Assembly (NCBI GenBank): GCA_951406725.2
Contig: OX597825.1
Span: forward strand, 51,026,001 to 51,090,000
Length of the DNA: 64,000 bases
DNA from: Octopus vulgaris
Lineage: Eukaryota
Direction of reading: 5' to 3'
The notes below the pieces were generated by a model that was not told the DNA's origin, ran no database searches, and saw nothing but the letters and a program-made list of their open reading frames with translations. The first letter of the stretch is position 1. Each line of letters opens with the position of its first letter. A program made the translations under genes and the position numbers. Shown piece after piece: positions 1 to 11,682 of this stretch.

Positions 1-2283
1 CAACTCCTGAAGCGGTTATCAATTGCACTACGGAGGAACCTCTAGGTGACTCTGATCATGCTATGATCATCGCCAATCTGGCTCTTGTGGGCAACAAAAG
101 CCTGAACCATCTCCAATCTGCTTCCTTCGATTGGAAGAGAGCAGATTGGAACCTGTACCACACTGAACTACAGCACCCAAACTGGCGTGAATTCTACAAC
201 TCTGGAGATGTGAATACTATACTCCAGAGTATCCTGGACTCAATATGGGCAGCATGTGCAGCATCAGTGCCACGTAAACAAAAAAAGAAGAACCGCCCCA
301 AAAGGGCAATTTGGGAAACTTCAGCGGTCCGACTTGCCAGGAGGGAACGTCGGACTGCTGAACGGGAATACAGGTTGCATAAATCAGACACCAACAGGAA
401 GAAGCGGAATAAATCCTCCAACCATCTCAAGCAAGTGACAAAAAAAGCAGTGCTTGAATTTGAACAGTGCATAGCAGCCAATCCTGACAGCAAGGTTTTC
501 TGGAAATATGTGCACTCAAAGCAGAGACCTCACTCTCCAGTGGGCCCTCTTCGCAACCCTCACACAAACAAGATCACTGACGACCCCAAGGAATGCGCAG
601 AACTCATTGCCGAGTGCTATGCAAACATATTCACTGTTGAAAGTCAAAATGTACCATCTTCACCATCACTAACAGCAAACTCCATAACAACTATGGAATT
701 TACACCTGCAATGCTGCGACGTCACCTTCAAAATAAGCGCAACTATGCCTCCCCTGGTCTCGATGGAGTTACATACCTGCTTCTCAAACGTGGCAGGCAC
801 TTCCTTTTACACCAGCTTTCTATTTTCTTCCAGTACTGTCTCAACAATGGTGCTACTCCGGAGCAGTGGAAAACTGCCAGTGTCATTCCTCTGTTCAAAA
901 AGGGCGACCGCACATCACCTGTCAACTATCGCCCAGTCAGTCTCACTAGCTGTATTGCAAAACTGATGGAATCGTGTGTCAGAGAAACACTCTGGAACTT
1001 CTGGAGCTCTCACAGTCTCATCCGACCCTCACAATATGGATTTGTCCCTAACTCCAGCTGCAGTGACCAGCTTGTCGAGTTCCTTGAGGACATTACTCAG
1101 ATTACTGACAGTGGCTCATGGGTGGATGTTGTTTACCTTGACTTTGCTAAGGCTTTCAACTCTGTGCCACACAAAAGGCTTATGGTGAAACTCTCGTCAA
1201 TGGGTGTGGGGGATGACCTTTTTAACTGGTTGAAATCCTTCATCCTCAGCCGAAAGGAGGTAGTCACAGTTCTAGGACAGCACTCTACACCATATGAGAT
1301 GTCATCGGGTGTACCACAGGGATCTGTCCTTGGTCCCCTCTTGTTTGTGGCATACATTAACGACATAGATGCCAATTTAAGGAATGCCACAGTATTGAAA
1401 TATGCAGACGACATCAAGCTGTACCTTGAAATCAAGAGGACAGATCCTGATGTCTACAACTCTTTCCTGCAATCAGACCTAGACACAATGCAGCAATGGA
1501 TCACAGACTGGCAACTGAAACTGGCTGTGGACAAGTGTACCACCATGCATTTTGGGAGAAAAAAACCTGCGTTCACATACTCCCTCCACAACACTGATAT
1601 CAAGAAATCCTCTTGCGAGCGTGACCTAGGCATCACTGTCAGCAGTGATTTGCGTTGGTCAAAGCATATCTCTAAGATTGTCAGGAAGGCCGAGGGTGTC
1701 TTGGCATCACTCAGCAGGTCTTTTGTTAGCCGCTCTCCAGCCATCTATTTAAAACTGTATACAGCTATGGTACGACCACACTTGGAATTCGCATCATCAG
1801 TTTGGAACCCCTATCTTGCACAGAACATTGACCTCCTGGAATCTGTCCAGAGACGTGCAACCAAACGCATACCCTCCATCAGACACCTACCATATTCTGA
1901 GCGCCTTGTTTCCCTGGGCATGGATTCACTGAAGCTCCGGCGTTTGGCGACGGACTTGGTAAACACCCACAAAGTTATCAACCACCTCACCAACAACAAC
2001 CCTGAACACCTTTTTGATCTCCATGTGTCTAACACACGTGGACATGCCTACAAAGTCAGAAAACAATACAGCTCCCATGACTTTCGGAAACATTTTTTCA
2101 CGCTCAGAGTTGCTGAAGCATGGAATAAACTGCCTGCGTCAGTTGTTGACTGCCATGACACTGCATCTTTTAAGGCCCTCATGCTTTCCGAAATCCGCCG
2201 AAACTTCACCTGATTATATATACACTTTAGATGAGTTGTAGTGCACCTGAGCACTGTACACAATTATTATTATTATTATTATT
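1..2283 (+). mobile_element. CR1/L2-group LINE, 3' part (runs off the left edge), short 3' UTR and (ATT)n tail
   Basis: GC-richer block with a long RT frame ending at 2213, a ~50-nt UTR, then (ATT)n at ~2263-2283 abutting a (TA)n/(TG)n tract. Confidence 0.93.
3..2213 (+). CDS. LINE ORF2 (end of APE endonuclease + reverse transcriptase), 5'-partial
   Basis: The frame is open from base 3 (TPEAVINCTTEEPLGDSDHAMI, containing the APE terminal SDH motif), upstream of the ORF-track Met at 63. RT motifs: PGLDG, NYRPVSLTS, QYGF, YLDFAKAFNSV, GVPQGSVLGPLLF, YADD (1401-1412), DLGI, RPHLEF, LESVQRRATK. No stops. Confidence 0.92.
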   Translation, partial: TPEAVINCTTEEPLGDSDHAMIIANLALVGNKSLNHLQSASFDWKRADWNLYHTELQHPNWREFYNSGDVNTILQSILDSIWAACAASVPRKQKKKNRPKRAIWETSAVRLARRERRTAEREYRLHKSDTNRKKRNKSSNHLKQVTKKAVLEFEQCIAANPDSKVFWKYVHSKQRPHSPVGPLRNPHTNKITDDPKECAELIAECYANIFTVESQNVPSSPSLTANSITTMEFTPAMLRRHLQNKRNYASPGLDGVTYLLLKRGRHFLLHQLSIFFQYCLNNGATPEQWKTASVIPLFKKGDRTSPVNYRPVSLTSCIAKLMESCVRETLWNFWSSHSLIRPSQYGFVPNSSCSDQLVEFLEDITQITDSGSWVDVVYLDFAKAFNSVPHKRLMVKLSSMGVGDDLFNWLKSFILSRKEVVTVLGQHSTPYEMSSGVPQGSVLGPLLFVAYINDIDANLRNATVLKYADDIKLYLEIKRTDPDVYNSFLQSDLDTMQQWITDWQLKLAVDKCTTMHFGRKKPAFTYSLHNTDIKKSSCERDLGITVSSDLRWSKHISKIVRKAEGVLASLSRSFVSRSPAIYLKLYTAMVRPHLEFASSVWNPYLAQNIDLLESVQRRATKRIPSIRHLPYSERLVSLGMDSLKLRRLATDLVNTHKVINHLTNNNPEHLFDLHVSNTRGHAYKVRKQYSSHDFRKHFFTLRVAEAWNKLPASVVDCHDTASFKALMLSEIRRNFT

Positions 2284-2341
2284 TAATATATGCATATATA
2301 TATATATATACATATATGTGTGTGTGTGTGTGTGTGTGTGT

Positions 2342-2551
2342 AGGCGCGTGGCTTAGTGGTTAGGGTGTCAGTATCATGATCGTAAGATTGTAGTTTCGAT
2401 TCCTGGACCGGGTGACGTGTTGTGTTCTTAAACAAAACACTACATTTTACGTTGCTCCAGTCCACTTAGATGGCAAAATTGAGTAACGCTGCGATGGACT
2501 GGCGTTCCGTCCAGCTGGGGAACACATACGCCATGGAAATCGGGAAACCGG
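2342..2551 (+). mobile_element. tRNA-derived SINE (family C)
   Basis: A-box TGGCTTAGTGG and B-box GTTTCGATTCC at tRNA spacing, followed by a non-tRNA body (GTGTTCTTAAACAAAACACT...GCGATGGACTGGCGTTCCGTCCAG). Starts directly after a (TG)n tract. Confidence 0.7.
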
Positions 2552-3246
2552 AAAAGGGCACATTCATTTTTTATTATATATATATTATTTCTTATTTATT
2601 TTTCAATTAAACGTGAGGCATCCATTTCCAATTAAGCTTATCTTCACTTTTTTGATGCCACTCTCTACTCTTTACTGTTTTCTTCCTGCATCCTTCTCTA
2701 ATTCCCCTTTTCTCTCCCTTCTTCCTTCACCTTCTTCTGTCTCTCACCCCTACTTTCTCTTTTTCTCTCTCACCCTCTCTTTGTTCACACGTGACCATCT
2801 TCCATCATTCCTTTCCTGACGTGAGCAACTTTCTCTTCCTGCACGGACGTTTAAATGAGCGGACGTGTTTCTCTCTCTTCTCTCATTTCTCTTTTCATAA
2901 AAATGTTTCACTTAACCTTCACTATTCCCTTATCACTCTTGTATAACATACGTCCATGTTTGTTTTTGTTCGGTTTCCTTGTATGTTTCCACTGTCATTC
3001 TTTTGTTCCCAAATTTGACCCTCCATAAATCCTAAATTTTATTTTAGAATTTATTGGAGCAATAGTCTTTGATGACTCATATTATTGCTGAATGCTCGAA
3101 ATGATGAGCAGATAGACAGCCGACAACTGAGGAAGGATCCTCTCTCTGTGTTTTCCATTTTCAAAAATCTTTCGTTGTTTTCGTATTTCATCTTACTTGC
3201 ACCGTTGGTGACTTCCTGTACTATATATTATATTATATTATTTGCT

Positions 3247-3286
<40 letters not shown>

Positions 3287-3325
3287 GTATGTATGTATGC
3301 GTGTATATATGCATATATATATTTG

Positions 3326-3382
3326 TTTTTTTTTTTTTATTTAGTTTCAGCTCACAAGCTGTGGCCAAGCTGGGGCACCGCC
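3326..3382 (-). mobile_element. Extremely 5'-truncated CR1-type LINE 3' end (~40 nt + poly(A))
   Basis: Minus strand reads GGCGGTGCCCCAGCTTGGCCACAGCTTGTGAGCTGAAACTA + A-run, matching the 3' end of the LINE at 30540-30577. Flanked by (TA)n. Confidence 0.75.
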
Positions 3383-3397
3383 ATATATATATATAAA

Positions 3398-3450
<53 letters not shown>

Positions 3451-3467
3451 GTATGTATGCTTGTATA

Positions 3468-3513
<46 letters not shown>

Positions 3514-3514
<1 letters not shown>

Positions 3515-4320
3515 TAGCAACATAGCCCGGCGTTGCCCAGGTATGTAAGAGCCCCTAGTAGGCAACGACTAATCCCAATCTAGTCCTTTCCCTCTAGGGA
3601 ACAAAGGCGCATGTGTAGGTTGCAATGTCTTCTCTTCACTCCCAAATAACTATCAAACAGCTATCGATAATTCAACCCAACCAATTCCTACCAGGAAGAA
3701 ATTATATTCGAGACTTTACCCCCAACACCGCCACTTCTGCTAACAGCTGCTGCAGCCGCAAGTTATTCGAATACAGTTTTTGTTTACACTTTCTTTATAA
3801 CTACCACCCCAAACGTTTTACCTTAAATTTTTGACGTACCCTAAAGGTCCTCGGACGCTACTTGCAAACTCTTGGTTTATTATAAACCACTTTTGTCGTG
3901 TGCACCAAAAAAACTTTTCCATTCGTTTGTTCAGTTTGGTCACTTTTGACTTTTTCGTTGTTGTCACTCACATTGCTGCCCGCTTTTTTGCCGTTTTTGT
4001 ACATTTTTATACATTTTGGGATACTTACCCCACGTGTTCCGAGAGTTAAAAAGGTCGGGTTGCGTCCCCTAGACAGTCTGTAGGAAATGTGTTGCATATA
4101 AAAGGCTTAGATTCTCGACCCATGTCGAATTTATCGATTTTTTTCAGAACTGGGGGGACTTTTCAAAATTTTCGCTGCGTTAGTTTTGAATTATGACATT
4201 GGGCTATGTGTGTGTCAAGTTTCATCAGAATCGGTTGAAAGCCGTGGTCAGGGTGAGGGTACAACCTGACAGACACACAGACACACAGACAGACAAACTG
4301 CCGTTTATATATAGAGAAGA
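3514..4320 (-). mobile_element. Non-autonomous Helitron (~807 bp)
   Basis: On the minus strand it starts TC (4320-4319) and ends CTAG (3517-3514), with a subterminal hairpin CCTGGGCAACGCCGGG. It lies between A (4321) and T (3513) with no TSD and has a CTGT-like microsatellite near the 5' end. Confidence 0.8.
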
Positions 4321-4419
4321 TATATAAAGAGAGAGAGAAAAGAGAGAGAGAGAGCTAATCATACAAATATACGAATAAAACTGCTCAGGCTAGATATTTA
4401 AAATATACATATCAATCTC

Positions 4420-4555
4420 TACATCCTGAAGATGGAGGCTGGATTTACCTAATGCTTAGTCGCATCCACCATTGGTTGCCTACGCTCAAATGTTTGCGAA
4501 CTGTATCTGCTAGTATTATTACGTGATTCCAAGGCCCCCAAAACGGTTGTTGGAC
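4420..4555 (+). ncRNA. Decayed type I hammerhead-like motif (probable Penelope-type terminal repeat remnant)
   Basis: CTGAAGA at 4426-4432, stem II GGAGGC-TGGA / TCCA-GCCCCC around a long insert, then AAAAC-GGTT-GTT-GGA. The core G of GAAA is replaced by A. Confidence 0.35.
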
Positions 4556-4883
4556 TTGAAATACCATACTATCTCCCCTTTATTTTCCTGTGCCTTTGTA
4601 CTGTGTACGTCTGCTCTCTTAATATATAAATATCTATATATTAAACACAAATGTTCATCCCCTGAATATCTTAGGTCTTTGGGTCTCTCTATTTATATGT
4701 ATATATGCGTGTATATTTTGCATCTCTAGCAAATTATTTGTATCGTTATCTCTATATCTGCTCACCTGGATTCCTCTTATAGTTACTCTTTACCCCGAAG
4801 ACTTTGAATGTCTACATTGGGTATCTTTCGATCTCATCCGTTCAGTCTCTCTGTCTCTCACTCTATATGCATACATACATATG

Positions 4884-4972
<89 letters not shown>

Positions 4973-5129
4973 AGTAAAACTTCGCAGTAGACCAGTATAC
5001 GAGTAATTTGCTGTACGAGCCGAGACTTGAATTTTCGTTTTGAAGTACGAGCGGATATCCGCAGTACAAGCACACAAATCGTCCCATCATTAAGGTAATT
5101 CAGTTAATAAAACCAGTTTACATATTTCT

Positions 5130-5650
5130 TAATCTTTTACTGGTTTTAGCGATAGGATGCAGCCATTCTAGGGAACCGCCTTTCAGTTCGATTGGGTCTA
5201 TTTTCTGTGTACGTTCTGGTGAATTGGTGAATTGGACGGATCTGCTCTTCTTCGTGTTTCCTACCGCGAAGTGGCTCCATATAGGATCTCAGTTGAAAAT
5301 TTGTCCAGACGTTCTTTGAAGACCCGACATTTACACTTCACAAATCTCCGAGGCTCTCTGACAGTATGTTAAATTGTTGTGGACGAATGAAACCCAAGCT
5401 CTTACAGTAGTGGATCCTTATTGTAGAAGGAGGGGATAAGAACTTCGGTACTGCGCAACGTTGTCCAGTTCGGTAGTTGGTATAGCTTTCAATTCCTAAT
5501 TTGAGAAGTAGACCTTCAAGAAAACTTACATATGTATAGCACGGAATATATTTTGCTCTTCTCTCTAGGGAGAAGAGCTTCAGTTCCATTAATCTCTCTC
5601 AACATCTGCAGCGCTGACCCAATCTTCTTTGTGTAGTGGCTCAGGATTAT
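5130..5650 (-). pseudogene. Degenerate 3' fragment of a CR1-type LINE related to the 30.5-32.4 kb element
   Basis: ELKLFSLERR...ILEG-like, SYTNYRTGQRCAVPK and SLGFIRPQQFNILSESLGDL align by eye with the C-terminus of the 30597-32402 frame. The 3' tail GGCGGTTCCCTAGAATGGCTGCA is also present. Confidence 0.75.
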
Positions 5651-6066
5651 ATATAACTGATTTATGCACAATTCTTCTCAAACAGAATATATTCACTGTT
5701 GCATTGGTTAACTTGACTAACGAATACTTCCAGAATTTACCAACTAGTTAGGGTGAACTGACTGCTACATTAAATTACATACATAGAAACGCACGCGCAC
5801 TCGCACACACACATATTTCGCCTAGACATTGTGATACTAATAAGCTAGTTTTAAACTTAAATATACATATGCTTCAGGTCGAAGGATCAGATGAGTACTG
5901 AGCTTAATAAGAAATCGGCATGACAACAGTATAAACAATAAGTTATTAACTTCATTAGCTTACAGCTTGGTGCATTCGTAGTTGAGTGCATCGCATCTTA
6001 TAGCAGAAACAACTGTAAGCTAATGAAGTTCATAGTATTTGTCATTCTTATATATATATATATATA

Positions 6067-6534
6067 CCAATTAAGGACTGAACACGAAAAGTGGACAGTC
6101 AACATGCTAGATATAGACGTCAAATCGTCATTCACCACAAAAGATTATGTTCTCAGATCAAACTCAACACAAAACCATAGCAAAAACAAGTGAAAAATAT
6201 ACGAAATAAAATAATTACCCATGTACTAACTTAGTTTCAGCTGTTATTTTCCGCAAGGAAAACTGCAGCCATCATCAGCATGGTCTGTTAATTATTTTAT
6301 TATTTTATTTCGTATATTTTTCACTTGTTTATTGCTATGGTTTTGTGTTGAGTTTGATCTGAGAACATAATCTTTTGTGGTGAATGACGATTTGACGTCT
6401 ATATCTAGTATGTTGACTGTCCACTTTTCGTGTTCAGTCCTTAATTGGTATATATAAATATTTTAATCTTCGGATTCTTTTTTAATATGCTAGACCACTG
6501 GTCTTAATTGATAAATATCAATTTCTACCCTTAA

Positions 6535-6541
<7 letters not shown>
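6067..6541. mobile_element. Fold-back hammerhead-containing element, copy 1
   Basis: Inverted arms 6067-6215 and 6299-6448 (~150 nt, 1 substitution + 1 indel by eye). The spacer holds a hammerhead. Tail 6460-6541 is homologous to 14795-14875. (TA)n on both sides. Confidence 0.85.
6219..6283 (-). ncRNA. Type I hammerhead ribozyme
   Basis: Minus strand: CCAUG-CUGAUGA-U-GGCUG cag UUUUCC uugc GGAAAA uaa CAGCU-GAAA-CUAAGUUAG-UA-CAUGG. Complete core, 5-bp stem I, bipartite stem II and near-palindromic stem III. Predicted cleavage after GUA, between 6224 and 6223. Confidence 0.88.
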
Positions 6542-6567
<26 letters not shown>

Positions 6568-7036
6568 CGCACACATTCATATATTAATACACACACATAC
6601 ACGCACATACATATATGTACATACAAATATATATACATATAAAAATACACACAAATATAAACTTTATATTAATCAAATTATGTTGGTAACAATCCAACTC
6701 CTAGAGTCGACTTCAGTGTAGTTACCGTGGAGAAAAATGTTTTTATGCCTCCCAAGCGAATTCTTAGAAGAGTGAATATGGATATTTAGCGTAACTCAAT
6801 GGGAAAAACGGAGGAGAGATGGCTTTGGGCAAATTCAAGGATTTAGATTTAACTCAAAATCAGACAACATCAGTGACTGACTTGCGCTAGTGGACTATCT
6901 GGTCAGAATAAAAGCAGCAGTATCAGCGCCAAGCAGTGATTAACGATAAACGAAATTTAGGTTGGTTAAAATGTATGCGATAATTTTTATATGTATGTAT
7001 GTGTGTGCATATGTACGTATATATATACATATATAT

Positions 7037-7074
<38 letters not shown>

Positions 7075-7077
<3 letters not shown>

Positions 7078-8095
7078 CCATTTCATCTCTTTCCTCTCCA
7101 ACTTCCACCCTCCCTACAATTCACTTCCACCATCTCCAATACCTCTGTCAACTTCCTTGATATCTCTCTCAGCATCGACCACCCCTCTCACTCTCTCACC
7201 ACCTCCGCCTTCTTCAAACCCACGGATTCCCACCTCTATCTCAACTTCTCCTCCTCCCACCCCTTCCACACCAAACGGGCCATCCCCTACTCCCAGTTCC
7301 TCCGCCTTCGACGCTTGTGCAGCCGCGACCAGGATTTCGAGACCCAATCTCAATACCTGGCCCGCCTGTTCAGGCATCGAAGATACCCACCTACACTGGT
7401 CTTGAATGCCCTCGCCCGCGCTCGTCGCATCGACCGCACCACCGCCCTTTCTCCTTCCTCTCACCCAACCCCAACCGCACCCCCTTTCCCCTCCTTTTCC
7501 ACCCCTCTACTCTACTCCTTCGTCGGAAGATACTACGTGCCTTCCGTCGCCTCCAGCTCGATCCCACGACCCGCCCCATTTTCCCCAACCCACCCCTGTC
7601 CTCCTTCAAACGAGCCCGGAATCTAAGCGACCTCCTGGTCCATAGTACTCTCTCTTCCTCCCCCTCAGCCCCACACGGATCATTCCCGTGCTCTAGATCC
7701 AGCTGCAACACCTGCCCCTTCATCACCAACACCACTGCTGTCACCGGTTCCAACCAGCGAACTGTACGTATCAGACATTCTTTTACGCGCACTTCGTCTG
7801 GCCTCATATACTGCATTAAATGCAACCTCTGCAGAATGCTGTATATAGGACAGGCGGGACGCCGGTTGTCAGACCGATTCGCCGAACATCTAAGGGATGA
7901 TCGTCTACGGTCCTTTCTCCCGTCGCACGTCACTTCCACTCGGCCAGCCACATCCCCGATGACATCTCTGTGTTTGGTCTCGCCCCACACAACGGTCCTC
8001 CACAATCCAGGCTCCACTTGGAGCAACGTTTCATCTTCACTCTACAAACCAATACCCCACACGGACTCAACACAGCCCCCTCCTCTTAGTGACTG
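7075..8095 (+). mobile_element. Penelope-like element remnant (RT C-terminus + Cys linker + GIY-YIG endonuclease), frameshifted, 5'-truncated
   Basis: LQFTS..VNFLDI..FFKPTDSHLYLNFSSSHP..AIPYSQFLRLRRLCS in one frame; FKRARNLSDLLV, CSRSSCNTC and LIYCIKCNLCRMLYIGQAGRRLSDRFAEH in the next. Begins at a (TA)n tract. Confidence 0.9.
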
Positions 8096-8139
8096 CGCTC
8101 CACCTCTCTCTCTCCCTCCCCCTTTTTTATCCTTATACA

Positions 8140-9295
8140 GAAACACACACACACATACTGACGTATCCACGAACACACCCTCCAACACACCTACTTCCAA
8201 CACACCACACACATACAACCTAGACGCATATGTACGCACACATACTTCCACACCTATACACACACCCACACCCACCCACGCGCACACACACATGCCCGTG
8301 CACACACACCAACAAACAATAATACAGATACGCACACATTTATAAACGCCTAGCAGAGACACACACACATACACGCACGTTACGCGCATGTACATTACGC
8401 CCACACAACTCCAGAGGAAACCCCACGCAAACACGCATACATTCACACACACACACATACATACGTACACACACATACATACATACATTCATTCATACAT
8501 ACATACATACATACATACACACACAAACATACACATACACACACACATACATACATACACACACATACACACACACATACACACACATACATACATACAT
8601 ATATACATACAGACATACATACAGACATACACACATACACACTCACACATACATACACACACATACATACACACACACACACACACATACACACACACAC
8701 ATACACATACATACATACATACATACATGCATATGGGGTTGGCTGTATTGCAGGCGTGCATCAGTGCGTGTGTGTGTGTGCCTGTGGATTCACATACACA
8801 CCGACACATATACATACACACAATATATACCTACACCCGCACGCACACATACACGTACGTACACACATATAATCACAGACACACACATACATACGCACAC
8901 CAAAACATGCGCACACATACGCACGCACACGCGCGAAAAAAACACTCACAACCCCACGGATACACGCATATACATCCATATACGCTTACACACACATACA
9001 AACGTACACATACACGCACACACAACTACACGCACATACATACACACACACACACACACATGAACCCACACATACATCCCATACACACGGCACACAACCA
9101 TACACGCACACACATACATACACGCACACAATTATACATATATATATATACACACACACGCACATACAAGCACACACGCACACATACACTAAGTTAAGCA
9201 CAGTTACTCGCCACACACCCAAACTCCACGCATACACACAATAACACACACATACACACACACATACTACAAACAAAACACACACACGATACATA
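8140..9295. repeat. Long degenerate (CA)/(CATA) simple-sequence tract
   Basis: About 1.15 kb dominated by CA and CATA units. Confidence 0.9.
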
Positions 9296-9895
9296 TAAAT
9301 TCTGGGTGATGATGGAGAAGGCTTCTTTGTTTCTGGGGTTGTATGTGTAATTTACCAATACTTCATAAGGACCCCAAATTAAAGGAAATTCTAAACATAC
9401 ATAAAATCATTAAAAGCTACAAACAACCTAAATCACTTAAAAAGATTCTCACAAAGGCAAAATTATTTTCTGAAATTACGGATGCAAAAGTAAAAAAATG
9501 TGGTAGACCAAACTGCGCAACATGCCCAAACCTTCTAGAAGGATCAGAATTCCTCTTCAAAGAGGGACAAAATTTCAAGATCAAATCTAATTTTACTTGT
9601 GCTTCTGAAAACATAATTTATGTCATAATATGCTCGGGCTGCCACCAAAACTACGTGGTGTCCACGGGACTATCACTCAGACGTAGATGCACACTGCATT
9701 GACAACAGATTGCATTCCCAGAATACAGAATGATACCCTTTAGTGAGCATTTTGAGAAATGCGCAAAGCAACTACTACCATAATTTTTAATCTTTCCATT
9801 TTATCAATGTGCTATTGGAACACCAACACAAATTAGACTAAACAAGGAAACATTCCTCATTGAAAAATATAAGCCCAAACTTAACCACTCTAACA
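9296..9895 (+). mobile_element. Second Penelope-like remnant (linker + GIY-YIG) with an inverted 5' segment
   Basis: NLPILHKDPKL..YKQPKSLKKILTKA, CGRPNCATC, FTCASENIIYVIICSGCHQNYV.STG..LRRR, ending KETFLIEKYKPKLN, with internal stops. 9296-9347 is the upstream coding part in reverse orientation. Confidence 0.85.
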
Positions 9896-10485
9896 TTCTT
9901 ATACAGAGAAACTCACCCCATTAAATAAAAGGGACAAGAAATATAAAGCGATTATCTCCCTTATACCGGAAGAAATCACTTATTACCTCCCCTTACCTGG
10001 AACTCTTTTTTACACTTCATAACGAAGACATAACACGATGTTTTGAGAAATTTGAAAAGTTAACAAGAAACCGGTAATTTCTTCAAAAACTATGTCACCG
10101 TATGAAAAAATGTTATAACATTCTTCTGACATAATGACTCAAATATATTTTTTAACCTTTTAAAACAAGCCTTCTGTAGTTTTTTCCCTTTTTACTATTT
10201 TCTATATATATATATATATATATATATCGAAACGTGGAGTAAGATGAAACAGGGACAACTGAAGAAGGGGTATATTCTTTATGTTATATGTCTCATTTCT
10301 CTGTTTTTTCGTTGTTCGAAGAAAAGTTCGTTTCTATTTTTTTGTTTTTATATTTTCGTTTCGCATTGTATTCAACTTTTTTTGATGTCCTGTACCCATC
10401 TATGCATGTATATATACATATATATATATATGTAGGTATATGCATAGATATATGCATATATGCATATATTTATATATATTTATAT

Positions 10486-10527
<42 letters not shown>

Positions 10528-10716
10528 GTGTATATTTGTATGTATGTAAGGTACAAGACGTCACCAACTGTGTAAACATGAAATATGTAGACAAAGACTT
10601 AAATACGCAAACACCGAGAGAAAACATGGAAAACATGAAAAGTAAACAGAGAAACGAGGCTTCATCAGTTGTCGGCTCTCTAACTACTCCTCATTTCGAG
10701 CAGTCACACACACACA

Positions 10717-10758
<42 letters not shown>

Positions 10759-10768
10759 AACACATACG

Positions 10769-10800
<32 letters not shown>

Positions 10801-11614
10801 TATATCTATCCCACTTAAACGTGGATGTTCTGTTCCAACAACCTATACTACGAAATTACCATTCCAGAAAATCTTATATTGACTTTTGATGCAGAATGTA
10901 CATTTGTTTATATCATTAGTGGCACCAAGACCACCAGATGTCGTGATTTCGACCTTCCATTGACTTGTCACTGATGGTTTCCCGACGCTAGAAATAGCAG
11001 AGATTCATCTCCTCACTAACAATATATGAAGTAACAGTGCCAGACCAGGGGCTAGAATCGCGATTTCCCATTGAGCTTGTTAAAAATTATAGAATATTGG
11101 AGCATTTAACACAATATATACGAACACACACACACAGTCATACACACAGTCACACACAGTCTCACACACACACACACACAGTCATACACATACACAAACA
11201 CATAGAGGTGACCATATTTTGAACAGAAAATATGTCTGTCTTTCATTTCAATAGAAGTTATGCCACTTGACCTCTTGAACCCCATTCCACACTCCTCACT
11301 AAACAATATACATATATAAGAGGAGACTTTAAGAGAAAATATGAAACACTGTATATGAGAACAAAGTGTTTTAATCTTTAATACTTATTTCCTAATTCTT
11401 GTCTGCGAATCTTTAGTACTTGATAAGATAGACATATACATCGAAACCGCCAATATTTTATAAAAAATACTTACTATAACAAACATAAAAGTACTCATCC
11501 TCTCCGATTAAAGAAAAAAAAATAAAGGAAACTGAATCTTTAAACATGCTTCTCTATTGCTTCCACTTTTACTTTCAACTATAACCTTTGATTTTTATGG
11601 ATTCTTAACACCTC

Positions 11615-11682
<68 letters not shown>

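Noticed and set aside
2342-2415. tRNA-like sequence with A and B boxes
   Set aside because: Acceptor and anticodon stems do not pair, and it continues into a SINE body. It is a SINE head, not a tRNA gene.
8042-9294. Long His/Thr- and Cys/Val-rich ORFs (and similar YI, HT, CV, MYVC, poly-N/I/L ORFs throughout)
   Set aside because: Translations of stop-free microsatellites, with no coding evidence.
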